From an uncultured Actinomycetes bacterium (GTDB lineage: Bacteria > Actinomycetota > UBA4738 > HRBIN12), in the NCBI GenBank assembly GCA_963722795.1, contig CAVROD010000004.1, positions 203,443 to 267,442 on the forward strand: a stretch of DNA of 64,000 nucleotides, given 5' to 3'. Shown here in pieces: positions 1 through 9,202 of this stretch; positions within the stretch are counted from its first letter, which is position 1; the number at the start of each line of letters is the position of its first letter. The notes under the pieces are model-generated. The model was not told the origin of the DNA. It did no database searches and saw only the letters and a list, made by a program, of their open reading frames with translations. The translations under genes were made by a program, and so were the position numbers.

Positions 1-291
1 CTTCTGCATCGTCGCCCAGAGCCCGTACGCGTGCAGCCGGGCGACGTCGCGCTCGGCCTCGTCGCGCGTGCCGTTCGATACGACGGCCTTGCCCTTCGTG
101 TGCACGTCCCACATCAGCTTCTCCGCCTTGGCGCGCGGGTAGCCGAACAGCTTCTGGAAGACCCACGTGACGTATGTCATCAGGTTGATGGGGTCGTTCC
201 ACACGATCACGATCCATGGGACGTCGGGCTCGACGTTCTCGAGCGTCTCGGGCCGCTCGATCTCGACGGGCGCCGTACCGGCGCGCATCAT
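1..291 (-). CDS. clpS: ATP-dependent Clp protease adaptor ClpS (3' end runs off the window start)
   Basis: Reverse-strand translation from the ATGATG at 291-286 gives [97 protein letters not shown], a canonical ClpS core. It is absent from the ORF track because no stop codon lies inside the window. Confidence 0.85.
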   Translation of the reverse strand, partial: MMRAGTAPVEIERPETLENVEPDVPWIVIVWNDPINLMTYVTWVFQKLFGYPRAKAEKLMWDVHTKGKAVVSNGTRDEAERDVARLHAYGLWATMQK

Positions 292-1097
292 CGGCCTGCC
301 TTGGTCGCCTTGAGGCCGGTGCGCCGCGCCTGCCGCACGCCCCATCGGTACAGCGGCGGGGTAAGCACGCGGAACGCCTGCAGCGGCGCCACCCAGCGCG
401 GCACCGAATACTCGGGTGCGATGCCCTGGCGCACGACCGTGACGATAGCCTCCCCGACCCGATCGGCCCCCATCACGGCCCAGGCCGGCAGGTCTTCCTG
501 CGGGAACCCCTCGGTCGCCACGAACCCGGGGTTCACGGCGGTCACGCGCACCCCGCGAGCTTCCGCGTCGTAGTTCGCCGATTCACTCGCTGCGACCACG
601 GCGTGCTTCGTTGCCGAGTACAGGGCGGTGCCCGGCGTTGCGAACCGTCCAGCCAGCGACGCCACGTTCACCACGTGCCCGTGGCCGGAACGAACCATCT
701 CGGGCAGGAACGCTCGCATCCCGTACAGCACGCCGAGCAGGTTGACCTCCACGACCCGGCGGATCTGCCGGTAGTCGAGGTCCTCGATCGAGCCACCCGC
801 CGGCACGCCGGCGTTGTTCACGACCACGTCGGCCGGCCTGTCGTAGACCTCGCGGACCAACCTCGGAAGCGCGTCGACCTCGTGTGGCTCGGTCACATCG
901 ACGCGAAGCGCGAGGGCGGACCCTCCGGCGCGCTGGATCCGCTCCGCGAGCGCCTCGAGCCGCTCGAGGCGTCGGGCGACGAGCACGACCCTCGCCCCGC
1001 GTCTGGCGAACGCCACCGAGGTGGCCTCGCCGATGCCCGCGGACGCGCCGGTCACGACGACGACCGCGCCCTTCAGTTCCACGGACGGCTCCAGGAC
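288..1097 (-). CDS. short-chain dehydrogenase/reductase (SDR) family oxidoreductase
   Basis: From ORF 288..1124. Gly-rich NAD(P) motif [11 protein letters not shown] near the N-terminus and catalytic YSATK motif. The start codon is uncertain (first ATG at 1124 versus an internal GTG). Its stop abuts the clpS start. Confidence 0.8.
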   Translation of the reverse strand, partial: VLEPSVELKGAVVVVTGASAGIGEATSVAFARRGARVVLVARRLERLEALAERIQRAGGSALALRVDVTEPHEVDALPRLVREVYDRPADVVVNNAGVPAGGSIEDLDYRQIRRVVEVNLLGVLYGMRAFLPEMVRSGHGHVVNVASLAGRFATPGTALYSATKHAVVAASESANYDAEARGVRVTAVNPGFVATEGFPQEDLPAWAVMGADRVGEAIVTVVRQGIAPEYSVPRWVAPLQAFRVLTPPLYRWGVRQARRTGLKATKAGR

Positions 1098-1152
1098 TCG
1101 GGTCGGCCTGCACTGCCTGCACATACACCGGCTGCTCTAGCATCGGCCATGC

Positions 1153-1977
1153 ATGGACGTTATCGAACGCCACGTCGCCCGGCTCCCCGCGCTCGACGAC
1201 CGATGGACGCCTCGGGAGCACCGCGACGATGCCCTCGCCTCGGCGCTGCTCGAGGGTGGCGTCGCGGGCACCGCCACGCATCCGCTCGACAACGTGCGCG
1301 CGAACGCGCTGATGCTGATCGACGGCGACCCGGACAAGCTCTTCGGCCTGTCGGGGCTGCCCGGCGGCTACGACCTCGACGGCATCCTCGACCTCGTGGG
1401 CACGAGCGCCGGGGTGCCGATCGACCATGACGCCCGATACGGACCGGTCGAGATCGCGCCCGAGCCCATCCTCGCTGCCTGCGGTGCGATGGGGGAGCGG
1501 CTGGCCGGAGCTGCAGCTCGCGGTGAGCACGTCGTGCTGGCGACCGGGCACCCGGTGGGACTCGCGCTCTTCTACCACGCGCTCGACGGGCTGCTCGGCG
1601 ACCGCGGGGCCCGGGTGTCGAGGCCCGCCCGCGGCGAGCGGTGGCGCGATCCTCATCTGGCGCACGACTGGACGATCGCGCACTGGGGAGGGGTCGGCAT
1701 GATCACCGACGGCCGTGAGCCCCGGCACACCCACTGGCCCGAGGCGATGCGGCGCATGCTCGCTGCCGAGCGCCCCGACGTCGTCGTGGCCGACCACGGG
1801 TTCGCCGGCGCGGCGATCGAGGCGGGGGTGGAGACCCTGTCCATCGCCGACGTCAACGATCCGGCCTTGATCGTGGCCAAGGCCCTTGGCCGCACCGAGG
1901 TGGTCGTCGTGATGGACGACCACGTCGCGCCCGACGCGTACTGGCCCTGCTTCCAGGCGATCGCGGCTCGGTTCTGA
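1153..1977 (+). CDS. hypothetical protein (274 aa, Asp/His-rich, no confident family assignment)
   Basis: Clean 274-codon ORF with GC3-rich codon usage typical of the surrounding genes, transcribed divergently from the SDR gene. Confidence 0.5.
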   Translation: MDVIERHVARLPALDDRWTPREHRDDALASALLEGGVAGTATHPLDNVRANALMLIDGDPDKLFGLSGLPGGYDLDGILDLVGTSAGVPIDHDARYGPVEIAPEPILAACGAMGERLAGAAARGEHVVLATGHPVGLALFYHALDGLLGDRGARVSRPARGERWRDPHLAHDWTIAHWGGVGMITDGREPRHTHWPEAMRRMLAAERPDVVVADHGFAGAAIEAGVETLSIADVNDPALIVAKALGRTEVVVVMDDHVAPDAYWPCFQAIAARF

Positions 1978-2067
1978 ATCGCATTCAGTCGCGCCGCTGG
2001 GGCCGCACCGCCTCTGATCTGGGGGTTCGCACCTCGGGCTATCCAGCGAGGGGGTCGAACACCTACG

Positions 2068-2277
2068 ATGCGGCCCATCGTGAATCGAGAACCCTTCACC
2101 GAGGCTCGGCTGAAGACCGTCAATGAGGTCGCAGACCTGTTGCGCGTATCCAGGATGACCGTCTACCGAATGATCAAGACAGGGGAGATGCCCGCCGTGA
2201 GGGTGGGCCGGAGCTATCGGCTCCGTTCCGAAGACGTCGACACCTACCTGACGGAGCGCTACACCGAGGCCGGTTAG
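2068..2277 (+). CDS. helix-turn-helix (excisionase/MerR-like) DNA-binding protein, 69 aa
   Basis: The segment NEVADLLRVSRMTVYRMIKTGEMPAVRVGRSYRL is a typical HTH_17-type excisionase-family fold. Confidence 0.7.
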   Translation: MRPIVNREPFTEARLKTVNEVADLLRVSRMTVYRMIKTGEMPAVRVGRSYRLRSEDVDTYLTERYTEAG

Positions 2278-2341
2278 CCCGGCCCGATCGCTTCCGCGCA
2301 CCGCGCGCTCAGCCGACCTCCGTGGAGAACGGAGGGGGCGC

Positions 2342-3232
2342 ATGAACGAGCACGACCGGCTCGTCGATCGAGCCGCCCGCGACGCACGCACCGTGCTGTT
2401 CGTGGGCGGTCTCGACGCCGGCAAGAGCACGCTGGCGCGCGCGACTGCGGCGTTCGCGCTGCGGCTCGGGCGCACGGTCGCCTACCTCGACGCCGACGTC
2501 GCGCAGAAGACGGTCGGCCCGCCGGCGACCGTGGGGCTCAAGCACATCCGCGAGCCCGACGACCTCACGCTCGATCGCCTCGCTCAGGCCGACGCCCTCG
2601 GGTTCGTCGGTTCCACGAGTCCTCAGGGGCACGTGCTGCCCCTCGTAGGCGCGCTCGCGCGGCTGCGCGACCGAGGGCGCGCCGAGGGCGCCGACCTGGT
2701 CGTCGTCGACACGAGCGCCATGGTGAGCGGCATCTGGGGCCAGCTCGTGAAGTACTACAAGGTCGACATGCTCGAGCCCGACCTCGTGGTGGGCCTGCAG
2801 CGTGGCGAGGAGCTCGAGCCCGTGCTCGGTGTGATCCAACGGTTCTTCGGGGTCGAGCTCGTGACCCTGCCCGTGCATCCCAGCGTGGTGCCCACGAGCG
2901 TCGACCAGCGCTCCGACCAGCGAGAAGGCGCGATGGCGGCCTACTTCCGGGGCGCCCTGCAGCGGTTCCGCGTGAAGCCCACGGTCTTCATGCCTGCGTT
3001 GCCGCCGCTGTTCGACCTGCACGAGCTCGACCGGCTCCTCGTGGGCCTCTCCGACGGCGCCGGAGGGTTCACGGGGCTCGGCTACCTCGAGTACGTGCCC
3101 GAGGACCAAGGCCTGCGGCTGATCTCGCCCGTGGCAGAGCCGCCGAAAGCGCTTAGACTGGGCTCCGTTCGTCTGGAGGACAGCTTCCGCGTGAAGCGTG
3201 TCGACCTCCGGAATCTCTTCGGAACCGAGTGA
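2342..3232 (+). CDS. Clp1/Grc3-family P-loop polynucleotide 5'-kinase-like protein
   Basis: Walker A VLFVGGLDAGKSTLARATAAFALRLGRTVAYLDADVAQKTVGPPATVGL closely parallels the Clp1 signature GKST...RLGR..TY.ELDVGQ. SD GGAGGGGG lies 4 nt upstream of the ATG. Confidence 0.6.
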   Translation: MNEHDRLVDRAARDARTVLFVGGLDAGKSTLARATAAFALRLGRTVAYLDADVAQKTVGPPATVGLKHIREPDDLTLDRLAQADALGFVGSTSPQGHVLPLVGALARLRDRGRAEGADLVVVDTSAMVSGIWGQLVKYYKVDMLEPDLVVGLQRGEELEPVLGVIQRFFGVELVTLPVHPSVVPTSVDQRSDQREGAMAAYFRGALQRFRVKPTVFMPALPPLFDLHELDRLLVGLSDGAGGFTGLGYLEYVPEDQGLRLISPVAEPPKALRLGSVRLEDSFRVKRVDLRNLFGTE

Positions 3233-3244
3233 AAGGGCTCCCGC

Positions 3245-3346
3245 TTGCCGTCGCTGATCAAGAAGCGCCGCAAGAAGATGCGCAAGAAGAAGCACAAGAA
3301 GCTCCTCAAGCGCACGCGGCACCAGCGCATGAAGCTGGGCAAGTAA
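3245..3346 (+). CDS. 30S ribosomal protein bS22 (33 aa; missing from ORF track)
   Basis: TTG start, translating to MPSLIKKRRKKMRKKKHKKLLKRTRHQRMKLGK with a TAA stop at 3344-3346. It matches the mycobacterial bS22 pattern [30 protein letters not shown]. It lies in a different frame from the artefactual 5' extension of ORF 3229..4137. Confidence 0.75.
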   Translation: MPSLIKKRRKKMRKKKHKKLLKRTRHQRMKLGK

Positions 3347-3360
3347 GCGCGAGCCCGCTC

Positions 3361-4137
3361 GTGCGTCGATCGAGGTCGCGGCGACGCCGGCTCTCGGTCG
3401 CCCTCGCCGTCCTGGGTCTCGCGCTTCCCGCCTGCGGTCCCTCGTCGCCCCCCGACTCCCCCGGGTCGAGCACGGTGCGATTCACCTCGTTCGGGGGCGT
3501 CGAGCTCGACGGCAGGTTGTTCGAGGCCGAGGGCGCGACCGCCGGGGTCGTGCTCGCGCACATGCAGCCCGCCGATCAGTCTTCGTGGTTCGACTACGCC
3601 GACACGCTCGCCGACGACGGGTACCGCACCCTCACGTTCAACTTCCGCGGAACCTGTCCCGGCGGCGACGCCGGCTGTTCCCAGGGCGAGGCCGACCCCA
3701 CGATGCTGTGGCGCGACGTGCAAGCGGCCGTGCGCTACCTGCGCACGAACGGCACGCCGCGAGTGGCGGTCATCGGCGCGAGCATGGGGGGCACCGCGGC
3801 GCTCGACGCCGCCGCACGGCCCGGGTCGTCGATGGGCGCCGTCGTGGCATTGTCGGCGCCCATCACGACCGGCACGCTCACGGTCACGCCGGAGACCCTC
3901 GTGGCCGCGACGGCTGCGAAGCTGTTCGTCGCCGGCGCCGGCGACGCCGCCGCTGCGGCCGACGCCCAGCGCATGTACGACCTGAGCGTGCCTCCCAAGC
4001 GCGTGGAGATCGTGCCGTCGGACGACCACGGCACGGATCTGCTCGCCGGGAGCCAGGGCCCGAACGTGCGCGCGGTGCTGGCCCGGTGGCTCGCCCAGTT
4101 CCTTCCGGTGGACGCGCCCGAACGAACCGACGCATGA
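3361..4137 (+). CDS. secreted alpha/beta-hydrolase lipoprotein
   Basis: GTG start. The N-terminus VRRSRSRRRRLSVALAVLGLALPACG is a signal peptide with an LPAC lipobox. GASMGG is a nucleophile-elbow GxSxG motif. The real start is downstream of the bS22 gene, not at 3229. Confidence 0.7.
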   Translation: MRRSRSRRRRLSVALAVLGLALPACGPSSPPDSPGSSTVRFTSFGGVELDGRLFEAEGATAGVVLAHMQPADQSSWFDYADTLADDGYRTLTFNFRGTCPGGDAGCSQGEADPTMLWRDVQAAVRYLRTNGTPRVAVIGASMGGTAALDAAARPGSSMGAVVALSAPITTGTLTVTPETLVAATAAKLFVAGAGDAAAAADAQRMYDLSVPPKRVEIVPSDDHGTDLLAGSQGPNVRAVLARWLAQFLPVDAPERTDA

Positions 4138-4153
4138 TGGGCGAGGGGGTCCG

Positions 4154-4939
4154 ATGACGAGACCGATCGTGTTCTGCACCGACTACGGTCTCGCAGACGG
4201 ATTCGTGGGCGTGTGCCAGGGGGTGATGACGCGCATCGCGCCAGATGCCCGCATCATCGATCTCACCCACGACATCCCACGGCAGGACGTGCTGAGGGGC
4301 GCCCTCACGCTCTCGCGCGCGACCCCGTACATGCCCGCCGACGCCGTCTACGTGGCGGTCGTCGACCCCGGCGTGGGGTCGGAACGCCGTTCCATCGCCG
4401 TGCGCACCGAGGCCGGTGCCCTGCTCGTGGGCCCCGACAACGGTGTGTTGTCGATGGCGTGGGCATCGCTCGGCGGTGCAGCGTCGGCAGCCCTGATCGA
4501 GAACGAGCTCGTGCTGCTCTCGCCGGTGTCGAAGACGTTCCATGGGCGCGACGTGTTCGCGCCCGCGGCGGCGCATCTCGCCTCGGGCTTCCCGTTCGAC
4601 GAGGTGGGTGCTGCCCTCGAACCCGAGTCGCTGCGGGTCGTGGAGCTGCCCGGACCGATGGTGACGCCCGGCGCGATCGGCACGAGGGTCGTCGAGATCG
4701 ACGCGTTCGGCAACGTGCAGCTGGGTGCGCGCATGGCCGACCTCGAGGCGGCCGGCATCGCGGGGCCGCTGACCCTCGGCGGACGTCCGGTGCCGCTGGT
4801 GGGCATCTTCGCCGATGTGCCCGACGGCGCCCTGGCCGCCATCGTCGACTCGCAGGGCTATCTCGCGCTCATCGTGAACCACGGCAGCGCCGCGCAGATG
4901 CTGAACCTGCGGGCCGGCAGCGCCGTCGTGCTGGAGTAG
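4154..4939 (+). CDS. SAM hydroxide adenosyltransferase family protein (DUF62; fluorinase/chlorinase-like SAM hydrolase)
   Basis: N-terminal IVFCTDYGLADGFVGVCQGVM motif and overall length (261 aa) are typical of PF01887. Confidence 0.8.
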   Translation: MTRPIVFCTDYGLADGFVGVCQGVMTRIAPDARIIDLTHDIPRQDVLRGALTLSRATPYMPADAVYVAVVDPGVGSERRSIAVRTEAGALLVGPDNGVLSMAWASLGGAASAALIENELVLLSPVSKTFHGRDVFAPAAAHLASGFPFDEVGAALEPESLRVVELPGPMVTPGAIGTRVVEIDAFGNVQLGARMADLEAAGIAGPLTLGGRPVPLVGIFADVPDGALAAIVDSQGYLALIVNHGSAAQMLNLRAGSAVVLE

Positions 4940-4963
4940 GTCGGGCCGCCCTCGGGAAGCCGG

Positions 4964-5152
4964 TCAGCCAGGCGACGTCGTGGGACCGGCCGAGGAGCTG
5001 GGCGAGGGACTGGCCGAGGAGCTGGGCAGCTGGCCGGGGCTCGCCGGGCCGGGGAAGGGGTCCCCGCCGCCGCTCACGATCACGATCTGGGCCACCGCGG
5101 CCGCCCCGATGAGCACGAACAACACGACGATCATGATGAGGGTCTGGCGCCG
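4964..5152 (-). CDS. putative small single-TM protein with Pro/Ser-rich tail (62 aa)
   Basis: Translates to MRRQTLIMIVVLFVLIGAAAVAQIVIVSGGGDPFPGPASPGQLPSSSASPSPSSSAGPTTSPG. The ATG start at 5152 lies in the frame of ORF 4964..5776. Weak support. Confidence 0.3.
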   Translation of the reverse strand, partial: RRQTLIMIVVLFVLIGAAAVAQIVIVSGGGDPFPGPASPGQLPSSSASPSPSSSAGPTTSPG

Positions 5153-5172
5153 CATGACGAGGCCGAAGGCTA

Positions 5173-6010
5173 TCAGGCGCCGTTGCCCTGACCCTGCGCC
5201 GCGGAGGCATCGGGACCGAGCATGCGCTCGGCGTGTTCCCGCATGTCGACCATGACCGTTCGAAGCCGGATCGGGTCGGTGAGGTAGGTGCGGAGGTCGA
5301 CCTCGAGCGACACCGCGTGCGTCGTACCCGCTGCGCGCGAGGTCGGTGCAGAACGCGGCGAGGTCGAGTACGCCATCGCCGGGCGGCAGGTGCGAGTCCC
5401 AGCCCTGGCCCGCGTTGTCGGACAGATGCACGTGACGAAGGCGGTCGCCGAAGCGCCGCCGCACCTCGATCGGGTCGTGGCTCGGCGACCGCCGCATGGC
5501 TCGTGTCGAGCACGAGGTGGGGCAAGCCCTCCAGGTCGTCGAGGTCCTGGTTCGCGTGGAAGGTGACGCGCGCGCCGTCCCATGCGCACCGGGAACATGT
5601 TCTCGATCGCGACGGTGACCCCCGTGCGGGCCTCGACCCGCGGCAGCTCGTCGTCGAGCCAGCGTCGGTACGCCCGCTGCCACCGGTAGGGCGGGTGCAT
5701 CACGACGACCGGCACCTCGGCTTCCTCGGCCACCTGCACGGCGCGGTCGATCTTGCCGATCGGGTCGGTGCCCCACACCTTGCGTGTGACGAGCAGCGAC
5801 GGCGCGTGGATCGCCCCGATCGTCAGGTCATGCTCCTTCGCGAGCGCTCGCATCGTGGCAGGGTCCTGGCTCGCAGGATCCTTCGTCACCATGACCTCGA
5901 CGCCGGAGTACCCGGTCTCGGCCACGATGCGGAAGGTGGCGGCCAGGGGCCGGGCGAAGAACGCTGCCGACGAGAAGAGCAGTCGCGTGGTTGGCACCCC
6001 GACATCGTAG
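5173..6010 (-). CDS. sugar phosphate isomerase/epimerase (xylose-isomerase-like TIM barrel), frame-disrupted
   Basis: The N-terminal two thirds (VPTTRLLFSSAAFFARP...VTVAIENMFPV) lie in the frame of ORF 5173..6063. The middle (HVHLSDNAGQGWDSHLPPGDGVLDLAAFCTDLARSGYD) lies in the frame of ORF 4964..5776. The C-terminus returns to the first frame (VSLEVDLRTYLTDPIRL). This gives two compensating frame switches near 5590 and 5340. Confidence 0.6.
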
Positions 6011-6049
6011 GCATGCGGGCGCCCGACCGGCGGGCGTCTCGAGGCCCGT

Positions 6050-6765
6050 ATGCTGGGGGACATGTGGGTGTTCCCGCTGGTGGCCGCCGCGGTGGCCGGC
6101 CCTGTTCGCCGGGCTCGTGGCCGCCGCAGTACCGAACCCGCCGGCGCCCGTACCAGCTCGCGTGGGCCGTCGCGATGGCGATGTACGCCGTTGCCTCGAT
6201 CGCGGTGGCGCTCGGCGTGGCCGGGGGCTGGACGCAGCGGTGAGTTCCAGGTCTATTGGGCGCTCGGCGCGGTGCTGAACGTGCCGTTCCTGGCCGGTGG
6301 CGAGCTGATGCTGCTCGTGCGCAACCGCACGGTGCACGCGGCGATCTGGATCGTGCTCGTGTTCCTCACGGCCTACACGCTCGCGGTGCTGCGAGGCGCC
6401 TCGCTCGACGTCGCAGCGCTCGCCGAGGAGCTGCCGTCGGGCAAGCACGTCTTCGGCGACGGGTCGGCAGCCCACCGGCTGCCACAGCTCATCTCGATCC
6501 CGTCGTACCTGGTGCTCGTGCTCGGCGCGCTCTGGTCGGCGTGGCGCATGCGCGGGCGGCGGCGACCTGCGCGACCGGTTCATCGGCACGCTGCTCGTCG
6601 CGCTCGGCGCGACCGTGATCGCCGGGTTCGGCTCGGCGTTCGCCGCCGCCGGCGGCGCTGGCCGCGTTCTCGCTGTCGCTCGTCGCCGGCATCGCCGTGA
6701 TGTTCGCGGGGTTCCTGCGGGCCGCCCGCCAGGCGCCGTCGCCCGCCCCGACGGTCGCCGCGTAA
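6050..6765 (+). CDS. polytopic membrane protein, hypothetical, frame-disrupted
   Basis: Hydrophobic segments are spread over three frames (MLGDMWVFPLVAAAVAG / ALFAGLVAAAV / AWAVAMAMYAVASIAVALGVAGG / FQVYWALGAVLNVPFLAGGELMLL...LVLVLGALWSAW / AAFSLSLVAGIAVMFAGFLRAARQ). TAA stop at 6763-6765. Confidence 0.4.
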
Positions 6766-6813
6766 TCGCGTGATCGCGTGACCGCGTGATCGCGCAGTCG
6801 CGCCGTCGCCCCG

Positions 6814-7523
6814 CTACGCCGCCTCGGCCTCGCTCGCCGACCACCACTCGGCGCTCGTCGGCCGGTCGGTCGGGGCGTCGACGGGCTCGATGGAGATCCA
6901 CAGGTCGTCGTAGCGCGTGGGGTCAACCGGGATGTCGAGGAAGACGTGCCCCTCCGCCGGCGTGAAGCTCGCCGACGAACGTGGGGTCACCGCTGGCCAC
7001 GAGCCACACCCGGTACACCGAGCCGGCGGGCGGCTCGGGCACCCCGTCGCCCATCACGTAGGTGTGCTCCTCGCCGGGGGCCGTGATCTCGTGCACGGGA
7101 CCGACGTCGATACGGCTCGCATCGGGGCGCGTCGCGAGCTGCGCGGCGTTGGCGAGGGCCTCGGCCCGCACGTCGGCATCGTTGGCGCGCATGCTCTGGC
7201 TGATCGTGGCCCCCGCGAGCCCCACGACGACCGCGATGCCGGCGGCCACCGCGAACACCTGCATCGGACGCCGGCGCGGCGCCTGCGGTTCGAGCTCGCG
7301 GTGCAGGCGGGGCAACAGCGTCTCGGGAGGCGCCAGCGGCTCGGCCCCCACGCCCAGATCGGCGGAGAGGCGCTGGAAGTCGTCGAGGGCCTCACGGCAG
7401 GCGCCGCAGCCGGGCACGTGTTCGGAGAGCAGCCGGTCGGCTTCCGCGGCGTCGGCCCCCGACACGCTGCGCAGCACGTAGCCGGCCAGCAGTTCGTCGA
7501 TCGCATCGTGGTCGTCGTTCACC
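6814..7523 (-). CDS. rskA: anti-sigma-K factor RskA-like (zinc-binding anti-sigma factor with TM and C-terminal domain), one frame switch near 6960
   Basis: GTG start overlaps the sigma-factor stop (GTGA). N-terminal motif HVPGCGACREAL (HxxxCxxC) is followed by TM segment VFAVAAGIAVVVGLAG. The C-terminal domain continues in a second frame (…GELH / TPAEGHVFLDIPVDPTRYDDLWISIEPVD…) to a TAG at 6814. Confidence 0.7.
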
Positions 7524-8126
7524 GGCGCTCCAAGTCGGTCGGGAGATCTTCGGTTTCGAGCTCGGTGCGGTCGAGCGCTCGGCGCAACTTGCGCATCGCC
7601 GCGAGGGTCCTCGTCTTCACGGTGCCGACCGGGATCGCGATCTCCTCGGCGATCTGCACCTGGGTCTTCCCGCCGTAATACGCCATCTCGAGCACCTGTC
7701 GTTGTTCGGGCGGAAGGGTGTCGAGCGCCGCCCGGACCTCGATGCGACGCTCGGCCAGGTCGGCCGCGTCGGTGACACCCTCCGCTGGGTCTTCGACGGC
7801 CACCGGCTCGAGGTTCGAGGCCCGCTCCTGCCGGGCTCTGATGCGCTCCTCGCGCCGGACGGTGTCGACGGCGCGATGGTGCACGAGCGAGAGGAAGAAC
7901 GTGCGGAAGGCGCCGCGAGCGGGGTCGAACGCTTCCGGGGCGCGCCACACGGCCAGGAACGCGTCATGCACGACGTCCTGGGCGAGCACCTGCTGGCCCG
8001 TGATGCGATATGCCAGGCCGTATGCCAACGCGGAGTACCTGCGGTACAGGTCATCGAAGGCGCCGCGATCGCCCGCCGACAGGCTGCGGTGCAACTCCAG
8101 GTCGTCGCGCTCGCCCTCGCGCATGC
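7519..8126 (-). CDS. sigK: ECF (sigma-70 family) RNA polymerase sigma factor, SigK-like
   Basis: Region-2 motifs (DDLYRRYSALAYGLAYRITGQQVLAQDVVHDAFLAVW) and a region-4 HTH (LPPEQRQVLEMAYYGGKTQVQIAEEIAIPVGTVKTRT). Start taken at MREGERDDLE (ATG ~8126). Co-transcribed with the anti-sigma gene. Confidence 0.85.
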
Positions 8127-8147
8127 GCCGTATCCTCCCAGACACCG

Positions 8148-8417
8148 ATGCGCCCCCCCGACCGAGCCGGCGACCCCGCCCCACAGCACGTGGTGTTGTA
8201 CACCCGCCCGGGGTGTCACCTCTGCGACGACGCCCGGGCGGTGCTGCGCCAAGTTCGCGCGAGCGTGCCGTTCGAGCTGCACGAGGTGGACATCGAGACC
8301 TCCGACACCCTGGTGGGCGAATACGGCCTGCGCATCCCGGTGGTCGTCATCGACGGCCGGGAAGCATTCGAATACACGGTCGATCCCGTCGAACTCGAGT
8401 CGACGCTTCGTCGATGA
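8148..8417 (+). CDS. glutaredoxin-family protein (mycoredoxin/NrdH-like, CxxC)
   Basis: VVLYTRPGCHLCDDARAVL redox motif and IPVVVIDGRE follow a thioredoxin-fold pattern. The gene is divergent from sigK. The N-terminal extension in ORF 8010..8417 is spurious; ATG at 8148 precedes a C7 homopolymer. Confidence 0.75.
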   Translation: MRPPDRAGDPAPQHVVLYTRPGCHLCDDARAVLRQVRASVPFELHEVDIETSDTLVGEYGLRIPVVVIDGREAFEYTVDPVELESTLRR

Positions 8418-8503
8418 ACTGCCGCTTGGCCCACCCCGCTTGTGAGTTTGTGAACGCTGCCATCACGGCGCTAGTCTGAAGCCATGCAGCGGAGCGCTTC
8501 CCC

Positions 8504-9202
8504 GTGGTGAGGGATCGGACGATCCCCGAGGCCACGGTGGGGCGGCTGCCTGTCTACCTGCGCGCACTCGTCGATCTCGCGGAAGCCGGCGCCGGCACGG
8601 TCTCGAGCGACGAGCTCGCCGAGGCGGCGGGCGTGAACTCCGCGAAGGTGCGCAAGGATCTCTCGCACCTCGGGTCCTACGGCACGCGGGGCGTCGGCTA
8701 CGACGTCGCCTACCTCATCCACCAGATCCGCCGCGAGCTGGGGCTCACCCAGCACTGGGCGATCGCGATCGTGGGCGTCGGCAACCTCGGCCAGGCCCTG
8801 GCGAACTACGGTGGGTTCGCCGAGCGCGGCTTCCGGGTCGCGGCCCTCGTCGACGCCGACACCGCACGGATGGGCGAGCGCATCGGCGACCTCGAGGTGC
8901 GCCACGTCGACGACCTGCCGGCGATCGTGTCGGAGCTCGACGTGGCCATCGGCGTGATCGCCACGCCAGCCGGGGCCGCGCAGGAGGTGGCGGATCGGCT
9001 CGTCGACGCCGGGGTGCGGTCGATCCTGAACTTCGCGCCGGCGATGATCGCGGTGCCCCACGGGGTGTCGGTGCGCAAGGTCGACCTAGCGGTGGAGCTC
9101 CAGATCCTGGCGTTCTACGAGCAACGGAAGGCGACGCTCGCCGACCTGAAGCGCCGGGGCCGGGCGGTCGCCGACCTGGGCCCGGCTACTTCGAGATCGT
9201 GA
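8504..9202 (+). CDS. rex: redox-sensing transcriptional repressor Rex
   Basis: N-terminal winged helix (RLPVYLRALVDLAEAG...VSSDELA) plus Rossmann NADH-binding motif IAIVGVGNLGQALANY. Length 232 aa. Confidence 0.9.
   Translation: MVRDRTIPEATVGRLPVYLRALVDLAEAGAGTVSSDELAEAAGVNSAKVRKDLSHLGSYGTRGVGYDVAYLIHQIRRELGLTQHWAIAIVGVGNLGQALANYGGFAERGFRVAALVDADTARMGERIGDLEVRHVDDLPAIVSELDVAIGVIATPAGAAQEVADRLVDAGVRSILNFAPAMIAVPHGVSVRKVDLAVELQILAFYEQRKATLADLKRRGRAVADLGPATSRS

Noticed and set aside
1098-1152. Direct repeat GCCTGCAC TGCCTGCAC in the SDR/hypothetical divergent intergenic region
   Set aside because: Only two 8-mers. Could be a promoter element but not distinguishable from chance.
583-2475. 630-aa minus-strand ORF spanning the SDR/hypothetical/HTH genes
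   Set aside because: Low-complexity Arg/Ala/Pro-rich translation overlapping three well-supported genes on both strands. Spurious.
3229-3360. N-terminal 44 codons of ORF 3229..4137 (MKGLPLAVADQEAPQEDAQEEAQEAPQ...)
   Set aside because: This region encodes bS22 in the +1 frame (3245-3346). The hydrolase starts at GTG 3361 with its signal peptide.
6766-6800. Three tandem copies of CGCGTGAY in the rskA 3' flank
   Set aside because: Very short, GC-rich, no flanking genes or hairpin. Likely a chance microsatellite.
8438-8468. Possible Rex operator upstream of rex (TTGTGAG / TTGTGAA half-sites)
   Set aside because: Two direct half-sites but no palindromic partner; scores far below the sites at 14127 and 27861. 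Kept only as a weak possibility.
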